Assembly (NCBI GenBank): GCA_963762145.1 | Contig: CAVXJS010000015.1 | Span: 96,001 to 160,000, forward strand | From: an uncultured Candidatus Rokubacteria bacterium | Lineage (GTDB): Bacteria; Methylomirabilota; Methylomirabilia; Rokubacteriales; CSP1-6 | Length of the DNA stretch: 64,000 nt | Reading direction: 5' to 3' | Shown: positions 63,639 to 64,000 of the stretch, in pieces | How positions within the stretch are numbered: position 1 is the first letter of the stretch | Layout of the letters: each line of letters begins with the position of its first letter | Translations under genes and position numbers: made by a program | The notes under the pieces: model-generated | What the model was told of the DNA's origin: nothing | The model's database searches: none | What the model saw: the letters and a program-made list of their open reading frames with translations, nothing else

Positions 63639-64000
63639 ATGGAGCAGAAGATCTACACCTCGTGCACGCTGGACTGCCCGGACGGCTGCGGGATCATCGC
63701 CCACGTGAAGGACGGGCGCGTGGTGAAGCTCGAGGGTCACCCGGATCACGAGTTCACCCAGGGCTATCTGTGCGGCAAGACCTACCGCTTCCCGGAGCGC
63801 GTCTACAGCCCCGAGCGGCAGCTCCATCCCCTCAAGCGCGAGAACGGGCGTCCCGGCGGCGGCTGGGTGCGGATCGGCTGGGACGAGGCGCTCGACCTGG
63901 TGGCGGACAAGATCCGCGGCTACCTGGCCGACCCGGGCCCGCTCTCGATCATGCACTACCAGCGCACCGGGTCCTGGGGCGCCACCAAGCTGCTGAGCCG
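63639..64000 (+). CDS. Molybdopterin-dependent oxidoreductase (DMSO reductase family), N-terminal part; truncated by the window
   Basis: MEQKIYTSCTLDCPDGCGI...LEGHPDHEFTQGYLCGK...PER.LHPLKR...IGWDEALD. Confidence 0.9.
   Translation, partial: MEQKIYTSCTLDCPDGCGIIAHVKDGRVVKLEGHPDHEFTQGYLCGKTYRFPERVYSPERQLHPLKRENGRPGGGWVRIGWDEALDLVADKIRGYLADPGPLSIMHYQRTGSWGATKLLS

Overview
A very GC-rich bacterial chromosomal segment. Gene content and the intergenic repeat families suggest Candidatus Rokubacteria/Methylomirabilota (inference, not verified). It has many single-base frameshifts, even in coaD and recG, which look like long-read assembly errors. Left to right: enoyl-CoA hydratase, iorBA, mlaC, a hydrolase, HxlR/PaaI/MATE/MFS genes, then a long mostly minus-strand housekeeping block (recG-rsmD-coaD-aspC-coxG; rpmB on plus; rel, secDF-yajC, tgt-queA, csaA, SpoIID, ruvCAB, yebC). 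Next come an acyl-CoA dehydrogenase, a peptide ABC transporter, an actinobacterial-type proteasome operon (arc-dop-prcB-prcA-pafA) with no visible pup gene, glgB-glgX-gdhA, lgt, and an enamidase/LLM/Mo-hydroxylase/Liv-type ABC catabolic cluster. Main unusual observations: (1) a toxin-less AbiEi-type regulator with a 54-bp palindromic operator, followed by two unannotated ultra-short poly-lysine ORFs (23 aa and 13 aa) with strong Shine-Dalgarno sites and a terminator; (2) a ~165-180 nt structured repeat in three copies, with a conserved 95-96 nt core closed by 30-43 bp stems whose sequence differs per copy but stays paired, and strand-specific C depletion beside two copies; (3) the pup-less proteasome operon behind sigma54-like and sigma70-like promoters; (4) two further REP-like families that supply SD sites or coupled mini-ORFs, one lying in an apparent RuvC-RuvA in-frame fusion. 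No tRNA, rRNA, CRISPR array or transposase was seen.
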